Both the position numbers and the translations under genes were made by a program. Shown piece after piece: positions 38,666 through 49,504 of a DNA stretch of 64,000 nt. Below the pieces are notes generated by a model. It did not search any database, was not told the origin of the DNA, and worked only from the letters and a program-made list of their open reading frames with translations. How positions within the stretch are numbered: the stretch's first letter is position 1; each line of letters starts with the position of its first letter. This stretch comes from Epiperipatus broadwayi (taxonomy: Eukaryota; Animalia; Onychophora), in contig JAQFVV010000004.1 of assembly GCA_028023455.1 (NCBI GenBank), forward strand, positions 17,360,001 to 17,424,000, read 5' to 3'.

Positions 38666-38707
38666 TCCCCAGACTAGTTTCTGGCTTGTGGCCATCATTA
38701 GTGAGGA
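38666..38707 (-). ncRNA. Type I HHR motif with G5A core mutation
   Basis: Reverse complement TCCTCA-CTAATGA-TGGC-CACAA-GCCA-GAAAC-TA-GTC-TGGGGA; helix II is a perfect 4 bp. Confidence 0.8.
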
Positions 38708-39158
38708 GCCTTGGATCTGAGAGCACTGCACCTAGATCTTAGGATCTAATGCAACCCTCCAGCAAACACCTTTTATCTCCACTTAACTACAAAACTATGA
38801 GAATGAAATTGAAAACACATATTTTCAATCTAAGCTCACTACTGTATGGAAAGAGTTTTGCCTTGTTTAATAACAATTATGTGCTAGTATGAGATAGTGA
38901 TCATGTGGTTTAACACCAATCCTGCCTAATAAAATAGTGGTGGCTATGGTTGTTAAAGAGCCAAAGCCACCAAAATGTATGGGTACTGAATTGAATTCAG
39001 ACCCATATGACTATATAAGCTATTGAGCTTAGATTGAAAATATTATTGTGTTTTCAATTTCATTCTTGTAGTTTTGTAGTTAAGTGGAGATAAAAGGTGG
39101 TTGCTGGAGGGTTGCATTAGATCCTAAGATCTAGGTGCAGTGCTCTCAGATCCAAGGC

Positions 39159-39200
39159 TTCTCACTGATAATGGCCATAAGCCAGAAACTAGTCTGGGGA
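39159..39200 (+). ncRNA. Type I HHR motif with G8A core mutation
   Basis: TTCTCA-CTGATAA-TGGC-CATAA-GCCA-GAAAC-TA-GTC-TGGGGA. Confidence 0.8.
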
Positions 39201-40499
39201 TATTGGATGAGTAGGCATTAGATAGGGGTCTGGCATCCATTGATTACTCTGATTGGCACAGGGTAGCATTACTGTATGGAGAGTTTTGCCTTGTTTAATA
39301 ACATTAAAAGTTCAGAAAGTCAGTTAAGCCTTTAATCATCTGGACCCTTGTGTTCCAGTTCTAAAATATTGCTTTATCCGAACTAAATGGACGAGCATGA
39401 TCTCCACCAGTGACTCATCAGAAAACATGCAGCATGCAGTTAATGTACAGAGTGTACTTAGTAAGAACACACTCGCAACATATACATATATCAAACATAA
39501 ATATATTAATTGACTTATGGTGCCTTAAAACAGATAGTGTTTATTTGCATATCTACATAACCCAGCTCTCAAGACAAGTCTATTAGTATGTTTAGGGATT
39601 AAATATATTAATGATCTAGCTTAAGCAGCCACCTGCATCTTTAATATATATGATATAATCTAAAGAGAAGAAAGCATATTTGATGGGCAATTACTAATAA
39701 AACATTATAAATATACTTTAATGATATTCCTGTGGCTAGTTCCTATGATATACATATTGCACATATAGAAAGTCATAATTCATAACTATAGCTAAGCAAA
39801 CCATAACTTTATATCGGATGTAACTGATTTCTACAACATTAGTAAATAAAATTAATCTTCTAAATAATAATATCTCGAAACAGCAAGTTGAGAGTAATAA
39901 TTCAAATATTAAATATTTATTAAAATGAATATATAAAAATATCTTCGCAAAGAAATTGACTAAAATTATATATGTATAATTGTGTTTTCGAGTTATTGGC
40001 ATATTAAATACATACAATAATAAAATGATAAAATCATGAAAGTAAATTAAAAATAGAATAAATAGGCTTAAAAGACCCAGCAACTTATAGCTTAAATTAA
40101 GTTATTAAAGTGTTTTACATTTTAAAAGAGTGATTTTCAAATTGTAAGTTTTAGTTTCAGACAGGATTGAGCTTTACATTAATTTAAGACTTTATCAGGT
40201 TTAGTTACAGAACTTAAGAAAACAAATTTTAAATGTTGATTTATTATATAGCTAGCTTAGGTAGATATTGGAAAGTTAACAGTTTATAAACAGCTCTGTG
40301 GAAATTTAGAAAGGTTATTGATTTTCTTCAATGCAGTTTCAAGCACACTGGACAGTGATACTGGCACTGTTCTTCTTTAGATAGATGTCTTGGTTTCCAT
40401 TAATATATTCTTACAATAGGTTGCTTGGCTGGGATGTTATTCATTGCATTTTAAAGAAGGACTGTAGACCATCATCACCTGCAGGAATAGCGGCAAGTC

Positions 40500-40900
40500 T
40501 ACGTCCTCTACTCTTCCATGTTAAAGTTTAAACGAGTGTGGATTTGTTTTACCGCTCTGACATTAACAGTATAGTATATATGTTGGTTATCAAAAATTGA
40601 ACAATTTATACTATTTTCACTCTTGACCATCTGGTTGTTTACAAATTTGTATGCAGGTAGAAAACCCATTAGCACATCTTCAAGATTTAACAAATTTAAT
40701 TCAGTCAAGCGTTGTTAGCCGAGAGGTCATCGCAGCCACCTTGCAAGCAAGTTGTTGGTTGCAGACGGTTGTGGGTTCGCGTCCTGGCAGATGCTATGAC
40801 AAATGAGAAAAAAAAAAAATTCCCAAATTTCAGCTTTTAGTTTTGTTCCAATCTTCAAACCCCTATTGGTATTGTCAAATAGTGCCGTTTGAGTGCACAA
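40500..40900 (-). mobile_element. Decayed L1/Tx1-like ORF2 C-terminal remnant, interrupted by a SINE
   Basis: The frame reads KAEIW-[SINE]-ELNLLNLEDVLMGF...NCSIFDNQHIYY across the SINE, resembling the region after the CCHC motif in L1/Tx1 ORF2. Confidence 0.35.
40703..40819 (+). mobile_element. tRNA-derived short SINE, copy 2, with poly(A) tail
   Basis: A box TAGCCGAGAGG, B box-like GGTTCGCGTCC, A-run at 40808-40819. Confidence 0.88.
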
Positions 40901-41892
40901 TATTGACAATTTTGTTAATTCTAAGAAATGTTATCACAAATTTAAGATTTTAAAACTAGACTCATGCTATATCAGGATAGCTACAGTGGTCTAATTAAAA
41001 TTGTTTACTACTGATTTAACTAAAAACAGAATTTATAATCAGTATAAAACTAATTCTTCTACTATATATGTAGGATGGTAGTACCTGGAATATACCCTCT
41101 ATATATACGACTCCAACAAAATAAAATAGACTAATATTTTAGATTAAATCACTTTTTAAATTATGTGACTTTTAAAATAAACATATACTTGTAATATATA
41201 CATATGCCAATTCAATTGCAGATTTAACACTTGCATATATGTATGATCATACATATATACTTGTCTAAAATTGTTTATATAGGTACTCTGGGAGGGTTTA
41301 AATTTGGCATAGGTATGAGGGTAAAATAGGTGAAACAGGCAAGTGATCAAAATTGACTGTTTCAACAGGTTCTCAGGTAAGACACAATTGAACACAGCAC
41401 TAGTGTTAGTTTTCTAGTCAATAATTACTTGGAAATCTGACTCATCAAATAGTCAAAACAAAAAAGACTAACTGCACCAAGCACCTGATGAATGGGTTAT
41501 ATAGTCCACTCATTACATACCCAATCTAGGTACCCCTCCAAGAATCATTTAATTAGCTAATTTCACATATCTTTCTCAATGGATTTAGATAATGCATATA
41601 ACATTCCTGTGCTATGGCTTAATTGATCTGTCAGGAATTTTACTTCTAATTAAATTTCTGGATTCACTCATAAAAATTGATTCAAAATTATATAAGAAAA
41701 CATTTTCTTACAATCTGATTACATAAATTTTAAATTAAAATATATTTCATTAAGTAATCTAGATATCTCTACCCACAAGCATTAGCATAATGTTTCTCCA
41801 AATTCTTTTGTTTATCAAAAATAAATTTAGAAAACCAAAAACCAAAATTGCTTAACAAGAACAAACAAGGAAAAAAAACCTTTAGGCTTTTC

Positions 41893-43955
41893 CTTAGAAA
41901 TAAGCGTCTGAAAAATACGAAGGTAGGGACCTCTATAGGTCTTAAAACACAAGCTTACGCCATGAAGAAAAGAGAGAATCCTTCTTTACTTCAACCTACT
42001 TTTATATATAAATAGGTGAAGCTGAAGTGTATTGATCTAAGAGTGTGAAGCTATTCAATACTTCACTAATTAAGTCCACAATTCTTATAATACATTAATA
42101 CTCGCGAAATCTTACAATTTACTACAAGTCAATGAAAAGATCTTATAGTAAGAAATCTGTTACGATAATTTAAAGTTGTAATTATAAATTTTATTAAACG
42201 CCCATTATTATATTAAGTAATAATTTACTAAGGCTGTAACCTTAGAAATAAGCGTCTGAAAAATATGAAGGTAGGGACCTCTATAGGTCTTAAAACACAA
42301 GCTTACGCTATGAAGAAAAGAGAGAATCCTTCTTTACTTCAACCTACTTTTATATATAAATAGGTGAAGCTGAAGTGTATTGATCTAAAAGTGTGAAGCT
42401 ATTCAATACTTCACTAATTAAGTCCACAATTCTTATAATACATTAATAGACCTATAGAGGTCCCTACCTTCGTATTTTTCAGACGCTTATTTCTAAGGTT
42501 ACAGCCTTAGTAAATTATTACTTAATATAATAATGGGCGTTTAATAAAATTTATAATTACAACTTTAAATTATCGTAACAGATTTCTTACTATAAGATCT
42601 TTTCATTGACTCGTAGTAAATTGTAAGATTTCGCGAGTATTAATGTATTATAAGAATTGTGGACTTAATTAGTGAAGTATTGAATAGCTTCACACTCTTA
42701 GATCAATACACTTCAGCTTCACCTATTTATATATAAAAGTAGGTTGAAGTAAAGAAGGATTCTCTCTTTTCTTCATAGCGTAAGCTTGTGTTTTAAGACC
42801 TATAGAGGTCCCTACCTTCGTATTTTTCAGACACTTATTTCTAATGTTACAGCCTTAGTAAATTATTACTTAATATAATAATGGGCGTTTAATAAAATTT
42901 ATAATTACAACTTTAAATTATCGTAACAGATTTCTTACTATAAGATCTTTTCATTGACTCGTAGTAAATTGTAAGATTTCGCGAGTATTAATGTATTATA
43001 AGAATTGTGGACTTAATTAGTGAAGTATTGAATAGCTTCACACTCTTAGATCAATACACTTCAGCTTCACCTATTTATATATAAAAGTAGGTTGAAGTAA
43101 AGAAGGATTCTCTCTTTTCTTCATAGCGTAAGCTTGTGTTTTAAGACCTATAGAGGTCCCTACCTTCGTATTTTTCAGACACTTATTTCTAATGTTACAG
43201 CCTTAGTAAATTATTACTTAATATAATAATGGGCGTTTAATAAAATTTATAATTACAACTTTAAATTATCGTAACAGATTTCTTACTATAAGATCTTTTC
43301 ATTGACTCGTAGTAAATTGTAAGATTTCGCGAGTATTAATGTATTATAAGAATTGTGGACTTAATTAGTGAAGTATTGAATAGCTTCACACTCTTAGATC
43401 AATACACTTCAGCTTCACCTATTTATATATAAAAGTAGGTTGAAGTAAAGAAGGATTCTCTCTTTTCTTCATAGTGTAAGCTTGTGTTTTAAGACCTATA
43501 GAGGTCCCTACCTTCGTATTTTTCAGACGCTTATTTCTAAGGTTACAGCCTTAGTAAATTATTACTTAATATAATAATGGGCGTTTAATAAAATTTATAA
43601 TTACAACTTTAAATTATCGTAACAGATTTCTTACTATAAGATCTTTTCATTGACTCGTAGTAAATTGTAAGATTTCGCGAGTATTAATGTATTATAAGAA
43701 TTGTGGACTTAATTAGTGAAGTATTGAATAGCTTCACACTTTTAGATCAATACACTTCAGCTTCACCTATTTATATATAAAAGTAGGTTGAAGTAAAGAA
43801 GGATTCTCTCTTTTCTTCATAGCGTAAGCTTGTGTTTTTAAGACCTATAGAGGTCCCTACCTTCGTATTTTTCAGACGCTTATTTCTAAGGTTACAGCCT
43901 TAGTAAATTATTACTTAATATAATAATGGGCGTTTAATAAAATTTATAATTACAA
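41893..43955. mobile_element. Single insertion of 348-bp tandem monomers (~1.6 inverted plus ~4.3 direct), 13-bp TSD
   Basis: Inverted units start at 41893 and 42241; the orientation switches at 42448/42449. Direct units start at 42449, 42797, 43145, 43493 and 43842. TSD CTTTAGGCTTTTC at 41880-41892 and 43956-43968. Confidence 0.95.
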
Positions 43956-45080
43956 CTTTAGGCTTTTCTTAAATCCATAGGACAATGGTCTCTCCCCCTT
44001 GCTTAATGCGTTTGTAGAGAAAAATAAACAATAAAACTTCAATTTCAGACTAGAAATATGTTGGAATATTTAATCATTTCCATTTTTCTTCTTTTTCCTT
44101 TTCTCTTTTTTTTTTTCACAATCTGTCTCATTAAGCAACCACTTTAAAAAAACAAAAACATACAATTAGAAATAAACATCTTTGCATTTATTTCCAAAAA
44201 TAAAATAAAATTATTACCCTATATATTACATATATAAACACAGGTATAGAATAAGCCTATGTTTCAGTTATTATATGCATATAGCTAATATGCTTATATA
44301 TGTCAAATCATAATTCCTAGCTGTAACTATTTGGCATTATTCTTCTGTGTGCGGGTATAATACATACACAGACCCCTCTCATTTTACAACACATTCAATT
44401 TATAATTATCTAGATAGTATACACACCCCCTTAATGATTTCATTACATATTTTAAGCTGTGGTTTATCTAATATCACCTTGTGCTTGATCCACTCGAAGT
44501 GTGGCCAGCACAATATAAATATGCATAATTTTTTTAAACTTATAATATTATTTCATTTTATCATTTATTACTAATTATTTTAACCTATTTTTAATACCTA
44601 TTGTCTATTTATATTTTCAAAGCTTAATTGTTAACTATTTAAACTTTTAAATTTTACAGTTATAATTAGATCTATTCTTATTTTTGATCCTTACTAATAT
44701 TATCTTCTTTTTTATTTTATACTTAGTAGCTCCCTCTTTCTATTTTTTATATAATTAAATTTATTTTTAATCCCTATTAATATTATTATTTATTTTATTA
44801 TGTCAATATTTTTTTTCAGGTCCAAATTTGTATATAATACTCGCTTAATATTTATTAATATGAATAGCTTCTTTTATTTTTCTATCCTTTTATTATTTGT
44901 AAATTATATCATTTTTATATTAATAAATATAAAAAAAGGTTAAAATGTATTATATATAAAAAGGTAATAATTATATAGAGGTATGTAAAATATGTGGGTA
45001 TATGAATATTGATTGTAAGATAGAATATATATATATAATGTAAAATTATATGTTCATGGATATTGGTATTGTGTTTGTTA

Positions 45081-45125
45081 TAGTTCTGAAGATTGCTGGG
45101 GCAATCGAAAACTCAATAGTCGGTT
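45081..45125 (+). ncRNA. Decayed HHR motif (family E)
   Basis: TAGTT-CTGAA-GATTGC-TGGG-GCAATC-GAAAAC-TCAATA-GTC-GGTTA. Helix II is a perfect 6 bp, but ~3 nt are lost from the CUGAAGA/helix II junction relative to the paralog at 28270. Confidence 0.5.
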
Positions 45126-46029
45126 ATTTGAAGCATTGTAAAAGTAATAAAGTAAATAATGGTTAATATTATATGGATTTGGCAATGCAATAAGAAAGAT
45201 AAAGTTATAATACTTCATATTGAAGTATTGTTAGATGTATATCATTTACAAAGTACAACTAAGAATGAGCTCCTATAAAAATAGTAGTCTTTATTAGCAT
45301 GAAAAGATTTAATTCTTTTTAGGAATTTTACCTCTTAACAAAGTGCTGGCAAGGAAATTATCAAAAAGTTTTACTTTAGTTATATAAGTTTATTATTATT
45401 TTTTGAAGTCTACTTAAAGTAATTATTTGATTTCCTATTATGCGTCTTAATAAAGTATAGGGCCCACAATCAAACGTTATTGCTGGGTGGTAGCATTCTT
45501 TTGCCTTAATTTCTCCATACTTCAAGTAGAAAACTTATTTAATGACAAGACAAATTATCGACTACAGACATGAACACGTTTTTATAGACATCATAAAGCA
45601 ATGACTACAAAAAAAAATCGAAATAAACTAAGAAAAGAGTGAATTTAAAATGCTTGATTTATTTAAATCTCGCAGACATCCCAAAGTAAATTATAGCTAA
45701 ATATAAGCCTTATAAAATAGTTTCCAGAAAAAGCAATCTATAATTTATTTTCAGAGTTAAAACAATCGATAGCCTTTTTAAAAAAATAGTTAATATTTAT
45801 AATGACATTTTTATATTAAAAAAGTGATTTACAAATTTCGATAAAATAATACTTATTAAGACTACTGACTCAAATTAACAAAACTGTGCAATAATCTGAC
45901 TGTTAAAATTGAGAATTTATCGGCACCTAGTGGTAAGCGAGATTATTAAAGATATCCACCTGATTAACTTAGTATATTTCCTTCAATTTTTTTTTCGTCA
46001 CTTATCCAATTGTCCTTTATAATGCAAAG

Positions 46030-46065
46030 ATGACGATGCGAGAAGTTAAATTATGTTTGCTTGGG
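46030..46065 (+). CDS. Rab22: First coding exon of a Rab22/Rab31-family small GTPase (MTMREVKLCLLG), followed by a GTATGT donor
   Basis: The peptide matches the Rab22A/Rab31 N-terminus (MALRELKVCLLG / MMAIRELKVCLLG). A phase-0 GT donor follows LLG, where, as I recall, vertebrate RAB22A also has its first intron. The local sequence is richer in CpG. Later exons were not found in the window. Confidence 0.75.
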
Positions 46066-48107
46066 GTATGTTAACTTTATTAAAAGCAAATGTTTTTTTT
46101 TTTTTTTTGTAAACTATTTTATTTGTTTCTATAAAAACGTTATTGTGGAGCCTAGATTAATAATCTGTAATGCAGTTTGAATTGTAATTAAATAAATATT
46201 TTGTAATTTTCTTTGTTTCCTCTAATATTTACGCAATATTTACATTTTTTTTTTTGACCTCGATCAACCCTTTAAGATGTAATAACAATTGGAAAAATAT
46301 TTAAGCTGTAGCAAACTCTCCCTACAATAGTGATATTTTTGTGGTTTTAAAAATAATTAAGCTATGATGCATTATTTAGTTCTAAGATGAAGTTTACAAT
46401 AATTTATTTTCTAATAGTATTTTGATACCACTTTATTAATTTTAATACGTTGTAATGAAATAATAAATTACTGTCCTCAGAAATAATGTTAATACGTTGT
46501 AATGAAATAATAAATTATTTGACATTCCTTTAACTGAATTTATAGAGGTGAAATTTTCAGTAATTATTTATCAGTCTCACATTCTTTTTTTTATATATGT
46601 TTTTTGAAATTTATATAAAATTAATTAAATCCAAATGTAATTTCATTCATTTATTAACATTTCTACATTTAAAAATTTTTTTTTTATGAATAGATATAAA
46701 GGGGGGGGGGGGGAGGCATTGATAAGAAATTCCATAGTATTTAACGTCTCTTAGGAAAATTTCGCAGTAAAAATGGGTTTTGTCACTATAATAACTTCGT
46801 GTGGTCGTTGAAAACGCCGGAAACATACTTTTTTTAATAATTACATCCTTTTATATGTATATATTCTTATATTTAATCCACGGTATTTACTTTATAAAAT
46901 TTATATATTTTATGAATTTTCTTAACTACTTTAAAAAAATAATTTAAGCACTTTATTTGTTCTAGATGATCGTTTAATAAAGTATAACTATTGTTTCCAG
47001 AAGGCTCTTCTTTGATATTGTTTGCTCGCGTGTTGCATGAAACAAGGACCGAAAATATTTCAGAATCAAATTTGTACACTATTAAGTTATAACATTTTTG
47101 TGTTATTGTTTGGAAGGAATTTTAAAATTAAATCCACAAAGTAATTATATGAAGTTATATATCTTGGTGTAATAATATTTCAAAGATATTTATAGTAGCT
47201 TATAAAACATTTTGATCTGCAACCTGAATAAATTATATAGTATAGTAAATTTGCTATTGTCATTCAAGTATAATTAAAAATATTTTTATTAAAATTATAT
47301 ACCAATAAGAAAGAGAAATATTGCAGATCATTCCTGATTCATATTTTTTATAATACAGTATATATATTTTAAAACATGCTAATTTTAAAATGGCCAAGTA
47401 CAGTATATCAATAAATGTTGCATGATCGATTCTTTATTGACAAAATTATTTGGAGCAATGAGTTTTACTGATTAAAAAAAAATTATAAAGAGAAGACTAA
47501 AACCAGAAAGGACATTTAGATACAAAAATTAAAATCTGTATTTGATATTTCAGTACTAGGTATTATGACAGTACCTTGGTTAATTGGATTTAAAAAAAAA
47601 AAGAAATAAATTTTGTTGAACATTACTTCTTTTTTTTAATAAAACAAACATGAAATTCATCTGGTTTGTTTAAAACTCTAAAGAGATTTGAAATATTAAA
47701 TAAAAATTATAATTTTATTTAAAATACAATATTTGATTTGTTCTTTTGAAACAATATAAAATTGAATTGCTTCCACTCTCTAATTTGACCACCCATTGTT
47801 GAATCATTGTATTCATTTTCAAATAAGAACATGCAAATATGTGGAAAGAATATGAAGATATGTCACTTCTTCTATTAAGCTTCAAAGATTTTATACTTAG
47901 CAGATTGAAAGCAATATTATCAAGTAGAATTAATTCACTATTGATCAAATATATTTCAACACAATTTTGAAGGTACTTAAGAATATAATAATTTATTGTT
48001 TTGAAGTAGATAATTTTGTTATTCTTGGATGATATTAAGTGGTCTCTTTTATATCTATACTGCAACAATAACAATTGCAATCTTTTGCTGTTCTAATATA
48101 CAGATAT

Positions 48108-48266
48108 ATCATCATCATCATCATTATCAACCATTATCAATCCACTGCAGGATGAAGGTCTCTCCAAGTTTAATCCATCTTCTCCGATCTTTAGCTTCTC
48201 TTCTCCACATCACCCCTACACATTTTCTTATTTCATCCATCCATCTTACATGTGGTCTCCTTCTGG
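48108..48266 (-). mobile_element. Short 3'-end copy of the RTE family at 52970, with (GAT)n tail
   Basis: Nearly collinear with 52972-53115. Confidence 0.9.
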
Positions 48267-48317
48267 GTCATACAGATATATATGTAAACATATATAGTTG
48301 TCCAAATAGTTAATGAA

Positions 48318-48810
48318 TAATTATTTATTAGCAGTCTTTTAAACTAATTTAAATGTACTGATAGTATTACAATAACTTAATTTTATGATTAATATAGTTA
48401 CCTATATGTAGCAAATTTTGCCCCAAGATATATTTAAAAAATGTTTAAGATTAAGATGACCTATTCCAACCCTAGATCCAATTTCTGATCTTGATAGCTC
48501 TGGGAATAAATCTTTTTTCCTGCCAAATGAGGTTTCAGTTTGTCTTCTGATTCTCCTCTGAGATCTTTTGAAGTAGCTCTAATGACTGATCAGTAGATTG
48601 TTTGTTTTTCTATTATTTTTTTATTCATGATTTTTTTTTTCTATTATTGTCTGTAGTAATTAAAGTTTATTTTTATATATCACAATAGGATAATTCTTTG
48701 ATCTAGCTATAGCATTAAGCTACTTTTAGTTTTACATTTCCTTTATACTGCAAAACATCTTATTTTCTTAATTTATTTTAGATAACATTTAATTAAGTCT
48801 AATTATCTCT
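48318..48810. repeat. Unclassified dispersed repeat (paralog at ~63248-63745)
   Basis: Shared blocks: TAATTATTTATTAGCAGTCTTTT, CCAATTTCTGAT, TATATATCACAAT.GGATAAT.CTTTGAT.TAGCTATA, TTTACATTTCCTTT. Confidence 0.7.
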
Positions 48811-49504
48811 TGTTATTAGAAATATACATCTTCATATATTCTAATGATCAGGTTTGTACATTTGCGTAACCGTCTGAGAGTCCAGGAGAAAGAGAAACAG
48901 GCTGTCCAAGTCGGGGTGGTGATACCCTATGTCTGATCATACACGCCTTTTTTTACCTGTGCTTCCAAATCCCACTAGCGAATGACCTGCCTGAGGCTAC
49001 ACTAGACATTTCCTTGACCACGTTCCGGCAATAGCAAAATGATAGAGCATGAGACTTATCCCCCTAACTAATACTAAATGACTTAACTAGTGATTCATAA
49101 AGACAATGAGCAAGGACTGAGACATAGATGTGATATAGTTTAGAAAATTTAATATATAAGTTCATAAGTAATAAACCAAAAGGATATAGAAATCAGTCAC
49201 ACACAGGTGAATGTATATACTAGTAAGATTAATAAATGAGCTTTCCATAATGGAAAATACTTATAAAGGTACGATACAAAATAACAAACTATAAAACCAA
49301 GGTATATAAATTATTCACCACAAGTAAATGTTATTTTACAAATGTAATATTTTAGCTTTATGATGGGCAATACAGATGAATTTATTATACAAATTAAAGA
49401 GCAAAGAAACAGACTGTATAAAATTCTTTCACATGCAGTGAATGTTTATATTTATCTAGGGATTCTTATTTCAGCTTTTTTATATACAATAAAAACAAAG
49501 TTAC

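Larger units (their letters stand above)
38501..39299. mobile_element. Family A HHR element: inverted segment (38501-38837) plus terminally redundant ~430-bp direct monomer (38838-39302), 13-bp TSD
   Basis: TSD AACATTAAAAGTT at 38488-38500 and 39300-39312. ACTGTATGG...GCCTTGTTTAATAAC repeats at 38841 and 39271 (period 430). One HHR on each strand. Confidence 0.93.

Noticed and set aside
40703-40800. Functional tRNA-Ala gene
   Set aside because: The T and anticodon stems pair poorly, B-box A58 is changed, and there are three dispersed copies with A-tails or a TSD, so it is a SINE.
42493-42512. Twister-like loop GG-TTACAGC-C in the 348-bp monomer
   Set aside because: One A short of the UUACAAGC loop, and I could not place the P1/P2 helices or the pseudoknot partners.
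41893-43955. CRISPR array, or an endless ORF (348 is a multiple of 3)
   Set aside because: Units repeat in full with no unique spacers, the context is eukaryotic, and all six frames contain stop codons.
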